Shown here: piece by piece, positions 1-8,501 of the stretch
Numbering within the stretch: the stretch's first letter is position 1
Layout: every line of letters starts with the position of its first letter
Source of the DNA: an uncultured Alphaproteobacteria bacterium
GTDB taxonomy: Bacteria > Pseudomonadota > Alphaproteobacteria > UBA7985
NCBI GenBank assembly: GCA_905479265.1
Contig: CAJQLX010000020.1
Location: 11,906 to 75,905, forward strand
Reading direction: 5' to 3'
DNA length: 64,000 bases
Program-made: the position numbers and the translations under genes
The notes under the pieces: model-generated
Told to the model about the DNA's origin: nothing
What the model saw: only the letters and a program-made list of their open reading frames with translations
Database searches by the model: none

Positions 1-34
1 ACCGATTTGGTATCGCGCGAACGGGTGGTCAGCG

Positions 35-1171
35 GTGGCCGAGGACGCTTTTCGCATCTTGGATCAAGCTGAGTTTGACGGGCTGCCCAAGGACAAATAT
101 TTGGGCAAGCTCGACCGTCCGCTCGCGTCTTTGCAAACCCAGCAACAGATCGCTTTGGCCGATTTTGCGCTGACTTTGGGCATGCTTCGCTTTGCGCTCG
201 ATCTGAAGTTTGGTCTGAACCATGCAATCAGCCCCGGCGCATTGAGCGAGTCCTTCAAAGTTGCGTATTCCAGTCGTCGGATGGACGAATGGATCGACGG
301 TTTTCGTCCTGAAACGCCGCTGTACCTTCGGCTGCATAAAGCTCTGCTGCTAGGGGAATTGAATGCAACGCAACGGGAAAAGGCCGCGCTGACCCTGCAT
401 CGGGAGCGTACGCCCCCCATGGTTCACCCCGAGCGTCACATCATCGTCGATTTGGGCTTACAGCAGTTGACGGTGTTTGAAGATCGCCGTGAAGTGCTGT
501 CTATGCCGGTTGTCGTGGGCAAACCGGATCGGCGGACGCCTTTGCTGTCAGACAAGATCGTAAACCTCAAATTCAGCCCCGATTGGTCCGTTCCGCCGCT
601 TATTGCGCGAGAAGACATTCTTCCTATCCTCCAAGACGATCCTTCACTGATCGGTCTGATAGGGATCGAGGTCTTTGATCGCGAAGGGCAGTCGGTTCCG
701 GCGGGGTCTGTGGATTGGAACGCCATCGATCCTCACGCCATTCCCTACAAGTTCGTCATGCCGCCGGGGATCGACAATTTGCTCGGCGGTGTGCGGTTCT
801 CGCTGACAAACGATCAAGCCATCTACTTGCACGATAGCCCCGAACGCCACCGCTTTGGCGCAGGCGTCCGGACGTTTTCGTCCGGCTGCGTTCGCGTCGG
901 GGATTCCGCTGCTTTGGCGTCGTGGATCATGGGGCGGCAAAAGAACTGGAAGCGGACCGAGGTCATCGCAGCGATGGTCAAAGGAAAAACCCGCATCGAG
1001 GTTCTGCCCAACCCCATCGCGGTTGACTTCATTTACTCAACCGTGGGTCTGCAGGCTGACGGAACGCTGGTCTTCAAGCCGGACATTTACGGCGAAGACG
1101 CCAAGCTGGGCCGCAGCCTCGGCTTGGATGTCAACGACGTGCCGCCGCCGTTACCCAAGCCGCGAAACTAG
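35..1171 (+). CDS. L,D-transpeptidase (YkuD domain) family protein; the N-terminus probably continues upstream of the window
   Basis: Catalytic-site motif HDSPERHRFG...SSGCVRV resembles the L,D-transpeptidase signature H..S.GC[VI]R. There is no stop codon between window position 2 and the first Met in this frame, and no signal peptide is visible, so the gene is probably 5'-truncated by the window edge. Confidence 0.75.
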   Translation: MAEDAFRILDQAEFDGLPKDKYLGKLDRPLASLQTQQQIALADFALTLGMLRFALDLKFGLNHAISPGALSESFKVAYSSRRMDEWIDGFRPETPLYLRLHKALLLGELNATQREKAALTLHRERTPPMVHPERHIIVDLGLQQLTVFEDRREVLSMPVVVGKPDRRTPLLSDKIVNLKFSPDWSVPPLIAREDILPILQDDPSLIGLIGIEVFDREGQSVPAGSVDWNAIDPHAIPYKFVMPPGIDNLLGGVRFSLTNDQAIYLHDSPERHRFGAGVRTFSSGCVRVGDSAALASWIMGRQKNWKRTEVIAAMVKGKTRIEVLPNPIAVDFIYSTVGLQADGTLVFKPDIYGEDAKLGRSLGLDVNDVPPPLPKPRN

Positions 1172-2038
1172 CTAGCCGCAGAATTGCTGGTACAGAGCCA
1201 GCTCGGAGCGTGAGGTCGGCAGGATGTTACAATCGTAGCTTTCCGGCGCTGCGGCTTCTTCGGGTGCGAAATCGGCGAAATCGTCGGTAAAGTCATCAAC
1301 AAAACCCGCGTCCGGCTCAACCGCAACAGGCACAATTTCCGGTGCTGAAATCGGGGCAGCAACCTGCGAGAGGCAGTTGGCGCGATAGAACGCGAGTTCG
1401 GACTTAGAAGACGGATTTTGCGAGCAATCAAAGCCCGGAGAGACAAAAACCTGCTGTGAGGGAGCGTTGGCCCCATATACTTGCGGCGCTGCGCCGCCAT
1501 AACCGCTGTTCTGCGGTGTGACACCGCCGCAATATTGCCGATACAGCATCAATTGTGACTTGGATGTTGGGGTCACGGCACAGTTAAACGTCGGTTGCCC
1601 CGACTGGAACTGCGCCGGGATCGTTTCCTGATAAATCGGCTGAGATACGATGGGATTGACGTTGATCGAGGCGTCTGTCAGCCCCGTTTGCTCGTCGAGG
1701 AAAGGATCATTTGCGAACGGATCATCGGCAAACGGGTCGTCTGCGAAAGGATCATCGGCGAAAGGGTCGTCTCCGTAAGCTTGGTCGATCAAAGGGTCGA
1801 GCTCACTGCCCAAATCACCGCCAAAGTCTCCCCCGGCGTCGGTAACAAGTTGCGCTTCAACCGCGAAAGGGTCGTCAAAGACAGTTTGGATGGCATCGAT
1901 GGCGTCGTCGCCAGTGTCCGAAGCGGGCGCGAAGATGTCTTCAGCGGCGACGTCGTCGTTTGCAGACCGTCCACAGCCGGACAGTACCAGTATCGCTAAC
2001 AGAGCAGCGCCGACGTGAAAAATCGTCGTCAGTTTCAT
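1172..2038 (-). CDS. Repeat-containing lipoprotein (hypothetical)
   Basis: Internal Met at 2038 with GAGG 7 nt upstream. Signal peptide plus lipobox (LAILVLSG-C). Five tandem DDPFA/NDPF pentapeptides (nt 1697-1771). Three copies of a two-Cys motif [FY][DN]C...P[ST]S[KR]S[EQ]L..Y..[FYN]C. Converges tail-to-tail with the L,D-transpeptidase gene; the two stop codons abut (TAGCTA). Confidence 0.6.
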   Translation of the reverse strand: MKLTTIFHVGAALLAILVLSGCGRSANDDVAAEDIFAPASDTGDDAIDAIQTVFDDPFAVEAQLVTDAGGDFGGDLGSELDPLIDQAYGDDPFADDPFADDPFADDPFANDPFLDEQTGLTDASINVNPIVSQPIYQETIPAQFQSGQPTFNCAVTPTSKSQLMLYRQYCGGVTPQNSGYGGAAPQVYGANAPSQQVFVSPGFDCSQNPSSKSELAFYRANCLSQVAAPISAPEIVPVAVEPDAGFVDDFTDDFADFAPEEAAAPESYDCNILPTSRSELALYQQFCG

Positions 2039-2309
2039 CACCAGCCTCAAAAAAAATCTTCGAGTAAAATGGCGTTGCAAGGATGGAAAACTCACACCGC
2101 CGGACCTTTAAAAAAACATCAAATCCGCACATTTGATCGAAAAGAGCGAATCTAATATCGTTCATTTATCCTATTTAGAGCGGGAAAACAATGACTTTAT
2201 GCGCCTAATTACGCGATTTAAAATCTGAGATTACAGGCGTAGGCAGTGGATAAGGGTGAGGCGTGGCGATAGGGGGAGCACCGTACGGGCTCGCCCCCAG
2301 AGTTCGCGT

Positions 2310-2639
2310 CTAATGCGCCAGCGTGTTGCGCAGCTGGTAATGACCAGAATGACCCTCTTCGAAGTAATCCATGATGCCGGGGTGCTCCACCGGTACTGGA
2401 TTTTCTTCCATCACGAGGTTCTGTTCAGAGACATAGGCTTCGTAGCTGCCCGTCTCATTCTGCGCCAACAGGTGATAGAAGGGCTGGTCCTTGTGAGGGC
2501 GGATCTCTTTCGGGATCGCCTCGTACCAGGCTTCTGTGTTGGCGTACTGAGGATCGACATCATAAATCACCCCGCGAAAACCGAAGAGACGGTGCGAGAC
2601 GACTTGGCCGATATTGAATTTAGCGCGGTATTCCATCAT
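2310..2639 (-). CDS. HspQ/YccV-like hemimethylated-DNA-binding domain protein
   Basis: KFNIGQVVSHRLFGFRGVIYDVDPQY closely matches the N-terminus of E. coli HspQ (KFGIGQQVRH..LGYLGVVVDVDPEY). The internal Met (MMEYRAKF) removes the overlap with pckA, so the longer 161-aa ORF is probably an over-call. Confidence 0.65.
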   Translation of the reverse strand: MMEYRAKFNIGQVVSHRLFGFRGVIYDVDPQYANTEAWYEAIPKEIRPHKDQPFYHLLAQNETGSYEAYVSEQNLVMEENPVPVEHPGIMDYFEEGHSGHYQLRNTLAH

Positions 2640-2706
2640 GCCACAGACTAGTGCAGGACTTGGGCCAAGTGCAATACGATTGCATGCCTTAACCCAAGTC
2701 TTGCTA

Positions 2707-4320
2707 TCAGACTCGAGGACGAATCCCAGATTCTGCGACGGACGCCGGAACATGCTTCGCAAATTGCAAAAAGTTGTCTGCAAAACGCTTCGCAAGCGTG
2801 TCGGCTGTCGCCTCGTATTCCGACAATTTGGCCCACGTGGTCGAAGGTGTAAGCAAATCTGCTTGAACCGAAGGGCAGGCTTCCGGAACCATCAAACCGA
2901 AGTATGAGTCTCGGATAAAGCCAATGTCCTTAAAACCGCCGCTCAAAATCGCACGAATCATCGCGCGAGTCGCATTTAGCGGAATGCGGCTGCCGACACC
3001 AAACGTGCCGCCCGTCCATCCGGTGTTGACCAACCAGCACTCCGCGCCGGTCGCCTCCACCTTCTCCCGCAGCAGTGCTGCATACTCGCTGGGGTGACGG
3101 GGCATGAACGGCGCGCCGAAGCAGGTCGAGAACGTTGCCTGTGGCTCACTGCCCAAACCGCGCTCTGTTCCCGCGACTTTGGCTGTGTAGCCAGAAAGGA
3201 AATGGTACATCGCCTGATCCGTGGTCAGCTTGGCCAACGGGGGCAAAACGCCGTACGCATCGGCGGTGAGCATGATCACCGCGCGCGGGTTGCTGCCTTG
3301 ACCGGATTTGACGTGCCCGGGGATGAAGTCGATGGGGTAGGACGAGCGTGTGTTTTCGGTCAGGCTCACATCGGTGTAATCCGGCTCACCGGTGACCGGG
3401 TCCAGAATGACGTTTTCCAGCAGCGCGCCGAACTGATTGCTGGCTGCATAGATTTCCGGCTCAGCCTTGGCTGTCAGGTTAATCGCCTTGGCGTAGCAGC
3501 CGCCTTCGAAGTTAAAGACGCCCTTTGGACCCCAGCCGTGCTCATCATCGCCAATCAGCGCACGCTCAGGATCCGCAGACAGCGTGGTTTTGCCGGTCCC
3601 GGACAAGCCAAAGAACAGCGCCACGTCACCGGCCGGGCCAACGTTGGCCGAGCAGTGCATGGGCAGATCGCCGGTTTCTGGCAGCAAGAAGTTCAAAACG
3701 CCAAAGATCGATTTCTTGATCTCACCCGCATATTCGGTGCCGCCAATCAAAACCGTGCGCTTGCTGAAATTCACGACGATAAAGGTTTTGGAGTTGGTGC
3801 CATGGATCGCCGGGTCAGCCTGAACGCTGGGCAAATCAATCACTGTCCAATCCGGGGTCATCGCTTCGCGCTCATCTGCGCTTGGACGGATGAACATGTT
3901 TTGCGCGAACAGATTGTGCCACGCGTACTGTGTGACCACGCGAACATTGATGCGCAGGGCGTCATCCGCCCCGGCGCGCAAGTCTTGAACAAACAAGGTT
4001 TGATCGCGCGCGCCCGCCAGCATCAGGGCTTCGAGTTTGTCGTAAGCCTCCGCCGATAGGGGTTGGTTGACGCTGCCCCAATCAATTTTGGTCTCGGTCT
4101 GCTCGTCACGAACGGTGAATTTGTCTTTGGGCGAGCGCCCGGTGAATTCGCCCGTTTTGGCAACCAGCGCGCCTTGAGCACTGAGTTGACCTTCACCCGC
4201 CTTAATCGACCACTCCACCAAATCAGACCGGCCAAGGTTCCAATGGACGTCTCGCGCAACAGCGGCGAGGGGTAGGGTATTGGCAGATTTGGGGATAGTA
4301 ATGCCCTTGTGGGTCATCAT
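2707..4320 (-). CDS. pckA: Phosphoenolpyruvate carboxykinase (ATP)
   Basis: 537 aa. Kinase-1a P-loop GLSGTGKTTLS. Full-length similarity pattern of ATP-dependent PEPCK (…FNFEGGCYAK…, …RIPLNATRAMIRAIL…). Confidence 0.95.
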   Translation of the reverse strand: MMTHKGITIPKSANTLPLAAVARDVHWNLGRSDLVEWSIKAGEGQLSAQGALVAKTGEFTGRSPKDKFTVRDEQTETKIDWGSVNQPLSAEAYDKLEALMLAGARDQTLFVQDLRAGADDALRINVRVVTQYAWHNLFAQNMFIRPSADEREAMTPDWTVIDLPSVQADPAIHGTNSKTFIVVNFSKRTVLIGGTEYAGEIKKSIFGVLNFLLPETGDLPMHCSANVGPAGDVALFFGLSGTGKTTLSADPERALIGDDEHGWGPKGVFNFEGGCYAKAINLTAKAEPEIYAASNQFGALLENVILDPVTGEPDYTDVSLTENTRSSYPIDFIPGHVKSGQGSNPRAVIMLTADAYGVLPPLAKLTTDQAMYHFLSGYTAKVAGTERGLGSEPQATFSTCFGAPFMPRHPSEYAALLREKVEATGAECWLVNTGWTGGTFGVGSRIPLNATRAMIRAILSGGFKDIGFIRDSYFGLMVPEACPSVQADLLTPSTTWAKLSEYEATADTLAKRFADNFLQFAKHVPASVAESGIRPRV

Positions 4321-4903
4321 GGTCAGTCCTCTGGGTGCGTCCAGCGTTTGCGCTGTTGGACGTGCCGTCTCTGCACTGTGGAGTGTGCATGCGGCAGGGG
4401 TTCAAAAATCATCGCCCGGTTGGACCCGAAGCGACCCCTCAACTGTTGTGCAAAACGCCCGTCACTCAACGATACGCCCGCTCACATCGGCGGGAAGCTG
4501 GGTTGAATCGGTGCATAGGCGGCGCGTTTGTAACGGGCATTACATCAGCCCGAAGCTGAGCCTCGCTTGGCATTACAAAACGGCCTTGCCATTGTTCGTT
4601 TTGGCCTTGTTCCAACACAGACTCAAATAGTGTTGCGAACAAACGACGAACCATATGTATATCTTAGCATGTTCGAAAAAAGGCAGAATAAGGTCTGGAG
4701 TCGCGACTCGAAATTACGTTATAGAAATCGTGCATTTCTAATACGTTGTCTTTCAGAACTCGGATTTCATTACCGATTCCTTTGGCACGATCAGACCGCC
4801 AGTTTGCCTCTCAATTTTCGAGAAGTGTGCTGGCGGTTTTTCTTTGTGCAGGATGATTCGGGCTCAGAAAGACGTTAAAAAGAACGATATTTCAGTGCTT
4901 TGG
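4321..4903. promoter_or_regulatory. Long non-coding leader/promoter region upstream of pckA containing an AT-rich island (about 4630-4800)
   Basis: 583 bp with no credible ORF between the fabH stop and the pckA start. It contains a markedly AT-rich segment in an otherwise 62% GC genome. pckA is transcribed leftwards from this region. Confidence 0.35.
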
Positions 4904-5881
4904 CTACCAGCGGACGAGCGTCGCGCCCCAGGCCAAGCCACCGCCCAACCCCGCCATCACCATCAAGTCACCCCGCTTGAGCTCGCCCGTCTGCTCCAAA
5001 TGGTGCAGAGCCAGCGGCACGGACGCAGCGGAGGTGTTGGCGTGATGGGCAACGGTGGAGATAAAGCGCTCTGGCGGTGCCCCAATTCGGGCAGCAACTG
5101 CGGCCAAAATGCGTTGATTGGCCTGATGCGGCACGTACCATTTCACGTCATCGGGGCTGAAACCGTGGCGATCGAGCAACGTCAGCACCGCGCCGGACAT
5201 CTTCTCAACCGCATGCCGGAACACTTCTTTTCCGGCCATGTGCAGGTGCCCGACGGTCTGGGTCGTGCTGGGCCCACCATCGGTGTGGAGCATATCGATC
5301 AGCGTACCATCGGCGTTCATTTGCAGGTCGATGATGCCGCGATGGTCCAGATCGACTGTGTCGTCAGCCTCCATAACCAGTGCGCCGGCGCCGTCGCCAA
5401 ACAGCACGCAGGTCGAGCGGTCTTCCCAATTCAAAATCCGGCTCATGGTCTCAGCACCAATCACCAGCGCTCGCTTCATCCGCCCGGCGCGCAGCAAAGC
5501 GTCTGCGGTGCCGATGGCGTAGATGAAACCGGCGCAAACCGCCTGAACATCCATCGCCATGGTGCCAGCCGGAACGCCCAAGGCGCGCTGAACCATGGTG
5601 GCGACAGAGGGGAAGGTGAGATCCGGCGTGGTTGTGGCGAGGATAATGCCGTCAATATCGCCAGCCGTGATGCCTGCGTTTTCCAGCGCATTGCGCGCCG
5701 CGTCAATCGCGAGCGTTGAGGTCGTTTCGCCTTCGCCCGCGATATAACGCTGGGCAATGCCGGTGCGGGCTTTGATCCACTCATCGTTGGTTTCCAACGA
5801 CGCAGGCAGGTCGGCGTTCATCACGACGCCTGCGGGCAAAGCGCTGCCGACGGAGCGAATAACGATGGACATGAACGGCAC
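4904..5881 (-). CDS. fabH: 3-oxoacyl-[ACP] synthase III (beta-ketoacyl-ACP synthase III)
   Basis: 325 aa. KAS III pattern: active-site Cys context AVCAGFIYA; C-terminal HQANQRI and GGGLAWGA motifs. It stands alone, with no fabD or fabG neighbour. Confidence 0.85.
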   Translation of the reverse strand: MPFMSIVIRSVGSALPAGVVMNADLPASLETNDEWIKARTGIAQRYIAGEGETTSTLAIDAARNALENAGITAGDIDGIILATTTPDLTFPSVATMVQRALGVPAGTMAMDVQAVCAGFIYAIGTADALLRAGRMKRALVIGAETMSRILNWEDRSTCVLFGDGAGALVMEADDTVDLDHRGIIDLQMNADGTLIDMLHTDGGPSTTQTVGHLHMAGKEVFRHAVEKMSGAVLTLLDRHGFSPDDVKWYVPHQANQRILAAVAARIGAPPERFISTVAHHANTSAASVPLALHHLEQTGELKRGDLMVMAGLGGGLAWGATLVRW

Positions 5882-6134
5882 TCCCTGACTGTTCCATGCA
5901 CTCTATAGACTGGTTTTCTGTTCCTAAGCCCTGTGAATGCGGTTGAACAGGGTCATTACACGATCACAAGCGCTATTTTTGTCTCTTTGTAATTTGAACT
6001 AAAATCGCGTAAAGATGAGTGGACTGGGGCGGCGGGTATTCCGTCGGCTGGTGTGAAATGGGTGGACGGAGGGGGTCCGCGCTCAGGAATCATCATTAAC
6101 AAAACGATAAATTCGCGGACTTCGGAGGTTATTC

Positions 6135-6542
6135 ATGTCCTACCCAATCGAAGAAATTGAGGGTATCGGCCCATCCTACGGCGCCAAACTCAAAACGGCT
6201 GGCATCAAATCGACAACGGCGCTGCTGAAAGCCTGTGCCAAGAAGTCAGGCCGGAAAAAGGTCGCTGAAGACACTGGCATTTCAGAAAAAATGATCCTTG
6301 AGTGGACCAACTTGGCCGATCTGATGCGGATCAAAGGCATCGGCAAGCAGTTCTCCGAGCTGCTCGAAGCTGCTGGCGTGGATACCGTCAAGGAATTGCG
6401 CAACCGCAACGCCGATAACACGGCGGCGAAAATGGCTGAAGTGAACGCGGAAAAGAAGCTGACGCGCTCGGTTCCGGCGGCATCGATGGTTGCAAACTGG
6501 GTTGCTCAAGCCAAAACGATGGACCCGATCATCGAATACTAA
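6135..6542 (+). CDS. DUF4332 domain-containing protein
   Basis: 135 aa with the typical N-terminus (PIEEIEGIGP.Y..KL...GI.T). Followed by a strong terminator. Confidence 0.55.
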   Translation: MSYPIEEIEGIGPSYGAKLKTAGIKSTTALLKACAKKSGRKKVAEDTGISEKMILEWTNLADLMRIKGIGKQFSELLEAAGVDTVKELRNRNADNTAAKMAEVNAEKKLTRSVPAASMVANWVAQAKTMDPIIEY

Positions 6543-6574
6543 GCGCCGCTCAATCGACGCTTCAAAACGTAAGA

Positions 6575-6619
6575 AAACCGCCCTTTGATCGCATTGCCGG
6601 TCAGGGGCGGTTTTTTTTG
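6575..6619. terminator. Bidirectional rho-independent terminator
   Basis: AAACCGCCCT ... AGGGGCGGTTTTTTTTGT: a GC-rich stem with an A-tract upstream and a T8 tract downstream. It lies between a convergent gene pair (DUF4332 on +, DUF853 ATPase on -). Confidence 0.75.
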
Positions 6620-6628
6620 TCTCTGGTC

Positions 6629-8404
6629 TCAGCGCCGACGCCGCTTGGACGATGAACGCCGGCGACGGGTGGAGCCGAACAAGCCTCGCGCGATGGATTT
6701 GCTGAGCTCGCGACCCATCGTCGAGGACATGGAGCGCGCGAAAGACTTCATCGCGGCGTCGCTGATGCTGTCACTGCGGGACGAGCGGCGTTGGGGGCGG
6801 GATGATGAGGAACCGCCGGAGGAGGAAACGCGCCGATTGCCGCCGCCGCTGCCGTAACGAACCCCGCCGCCACCGCTGCGCCGCCCTCGATCCGCTTCGA
6901 AGCGGCGCTGGTCTTCGACATCGCGGGCGTCTTCGTTGGCGAAATCTTCGGCTTCGGCCATGCGCTGTTGCAGGATTTCATAGGCGGAATGGCGGTCGAG
7001 GGTTTCGTCGTAGAGGCCGCCAAGGGGAGATTCGGCCAGAATCGCTTGGCGTTCGGTTGGGGTGATCGGACCCATGCGGCACTGTGGCGGACGGATGAGC
7101 GTCTTTTCGACGACCGACGGCACCCCTTTTTTCTCCAACGTCGAAACCAGCGCTTCGCCAACGCCGAGTTGGGTAATGACGCTTTGGGTATCAAACGCCG
7201 GGTTGGGGCGGAAACTGTCGGCGGCGACGCGCACGGCGCGCTGCTCGGACGGGGTGTAGGCGCGCAGGGCATGTTGGATGCGGTTGCCCAGTTGGGACAG
7301 AACGCGGTCGGGCACGTCTTGGGGGTTTTGGGTGATGAAGTAGAGGCCGACCCCTTTGGACCGGATCAGGCGCACAACCTGCTCAACCTTTTCAATCAAC
7401 CCCGGTTCAGCATCACGAAACAGCAAATGAGCCTCGTCGAAGAAAAACACCAGTTTGGGTTTATCGGTGTCACCGGCTTCGGGGAGTTCTTCGAACAGCT
7501 CGGAGACCAGCCACAGCATAAAAGCGGCGTAGAGCTTGGGCGAGGTCATGAGGGTTTCGGCGCTGAGAATGTTGATCACCCCGCGCCCGGCATCGTCGGT
7601 GCGCATCAAGTCTGCGAGTTTCAGGGCAGGTTCGCCAATAAACGCCTCTGCGCCCTGTCGCGCCAAGGTGAGCAGCGAGCGCTGGATCGCGCCGATGGAT
7701 GCCGTGGAAATCGCGCCATAGGACAAACTCAGTTGCTTGCGGTGCTGTCCCACAAACACCAGCATTTGCCGGAGATCTTTGAAATCCAGCAGGGGCATGC
7801 CTTCTTCATCCGCGACGGCAAAGGCGATGTTCAGGACGCCTTCTTGGGTGGCGTTGAGGTCGAGCATGCGGGAGAGCAGCAGCGGCCCCATATCGGTGAC
7901 GGTTGCCCGCACGGGATGGCCCATCTTGCCGAAAAGATCCCACAGCGCGCTTGGGCTGCCTGCATAATCAAAGTCGCTCAGGCCGAGAATATCGGCGCGT
8001 TCTTCGAGCTTTGGATGCGGTGAACCGGCTTGGCTCAAGCCGCTCACGTCCCCTTTTACATCCGCTACAAAGACCGGAACGCCGGCGGCGGAAAAGGCTT
8101 CGGCCATGATTTGCACCGTGACTGTTTTGCCCGTGCCGGTCGCGCCGGCCACCAAACCGTGACGGTTGGCGTATTTGAGCTTGAGGCCTTGGGCGATACC
8201 GCTGTCTGTACCGCTACCAAGGTAGACCGAACCCTCTGGAACCACCGGGAATTCTCCGTTGAATAATCGCGTTAGGCTTGAGGTAAAGGACGGCTGCGGC
8301 GAGGGCAAGGCGGACGATTGAATTAGGCCGTCAACAGCGCCTTTTGGGCACCAATGCGCCGCTGCCTGTCGAGCGCCATTTGCGTGCTGCTGCGGCTGAG
8401 TCAC
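6629..8404 (-). CDS. HerA-like helicase C-terminal domain / DUF853 (YjgR-like) P-loop ATPase with Arg/Ser/Gly-rich disordered tail
   Basis: ANRHGLVAGATGTGKTVTVQ matches the E. coli YjgR Walker A region (NRHGLITGATGTGKTVTLQ). A Walker B-like FFFDEAH follows. The last ~90 aa are low-complexity (GGGGVRYGSGGGNRR…RRRRSSSKRRRR). Confidence 0.8.
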   Translation of the reverse strand: MTQPQQHANGARQAAAHWCPKGAVDGLIQSSALPSPQPSFTSSLTRLFNGEFPVVPEGSVYLGSGTDSGIAQGLKLKYANRHGLVAGATGTGKTVTVQIMAEAFSAAGVPVFVADVKGDVSGLSQAGSPHPKLEERADILGLSDFDYAGSPSALWDLFGKMGHPVRATVTDMGPLLLSRMLDLNATQEGVLNIAFAVADEEGMPLLDFKDLRQMLVFVGQHRKQLSLSYGAISTASIGAIQRSLLTLARQGAEAFIGEPALKLADLMRTDDAGRGVINILSAETLMTSPKLYAAFMLWLVSELFEELPEAGDTDKPKLVFFFDEAHLLFRDAEPGLIEKVEQVVRLIRSKGVGLYFITQNPQDVPDRVLSQLGNRIQHALRAYTPSEQRAVRVAADSFRPNPAFDTQSVITQLGVGEALVSTLEKKGVPSVVEKTLIRPPQCRMGPITPTERQAILAESPLGGLYDETLDRHSAYEILQQRMAEAEDFANEDARDVEDQRRFEADRGRRSGGGGVRYGSGGGNRRVSSSGGSSSSRPQRRSSRSDSISDAAMKSFARSMSSTMGRELSKSIARGLFGSTRRRRSSSKRRRR

Positions 8405-8501
8405 TTATTTATACGCAGGAGGGGATGAAAACGGGGGTAATCGCAGTATCTATTAGCTTGGGCGCATGTTCGGCGCTGTTTCCTGATCTGTTGAGGCTTC
8501 T

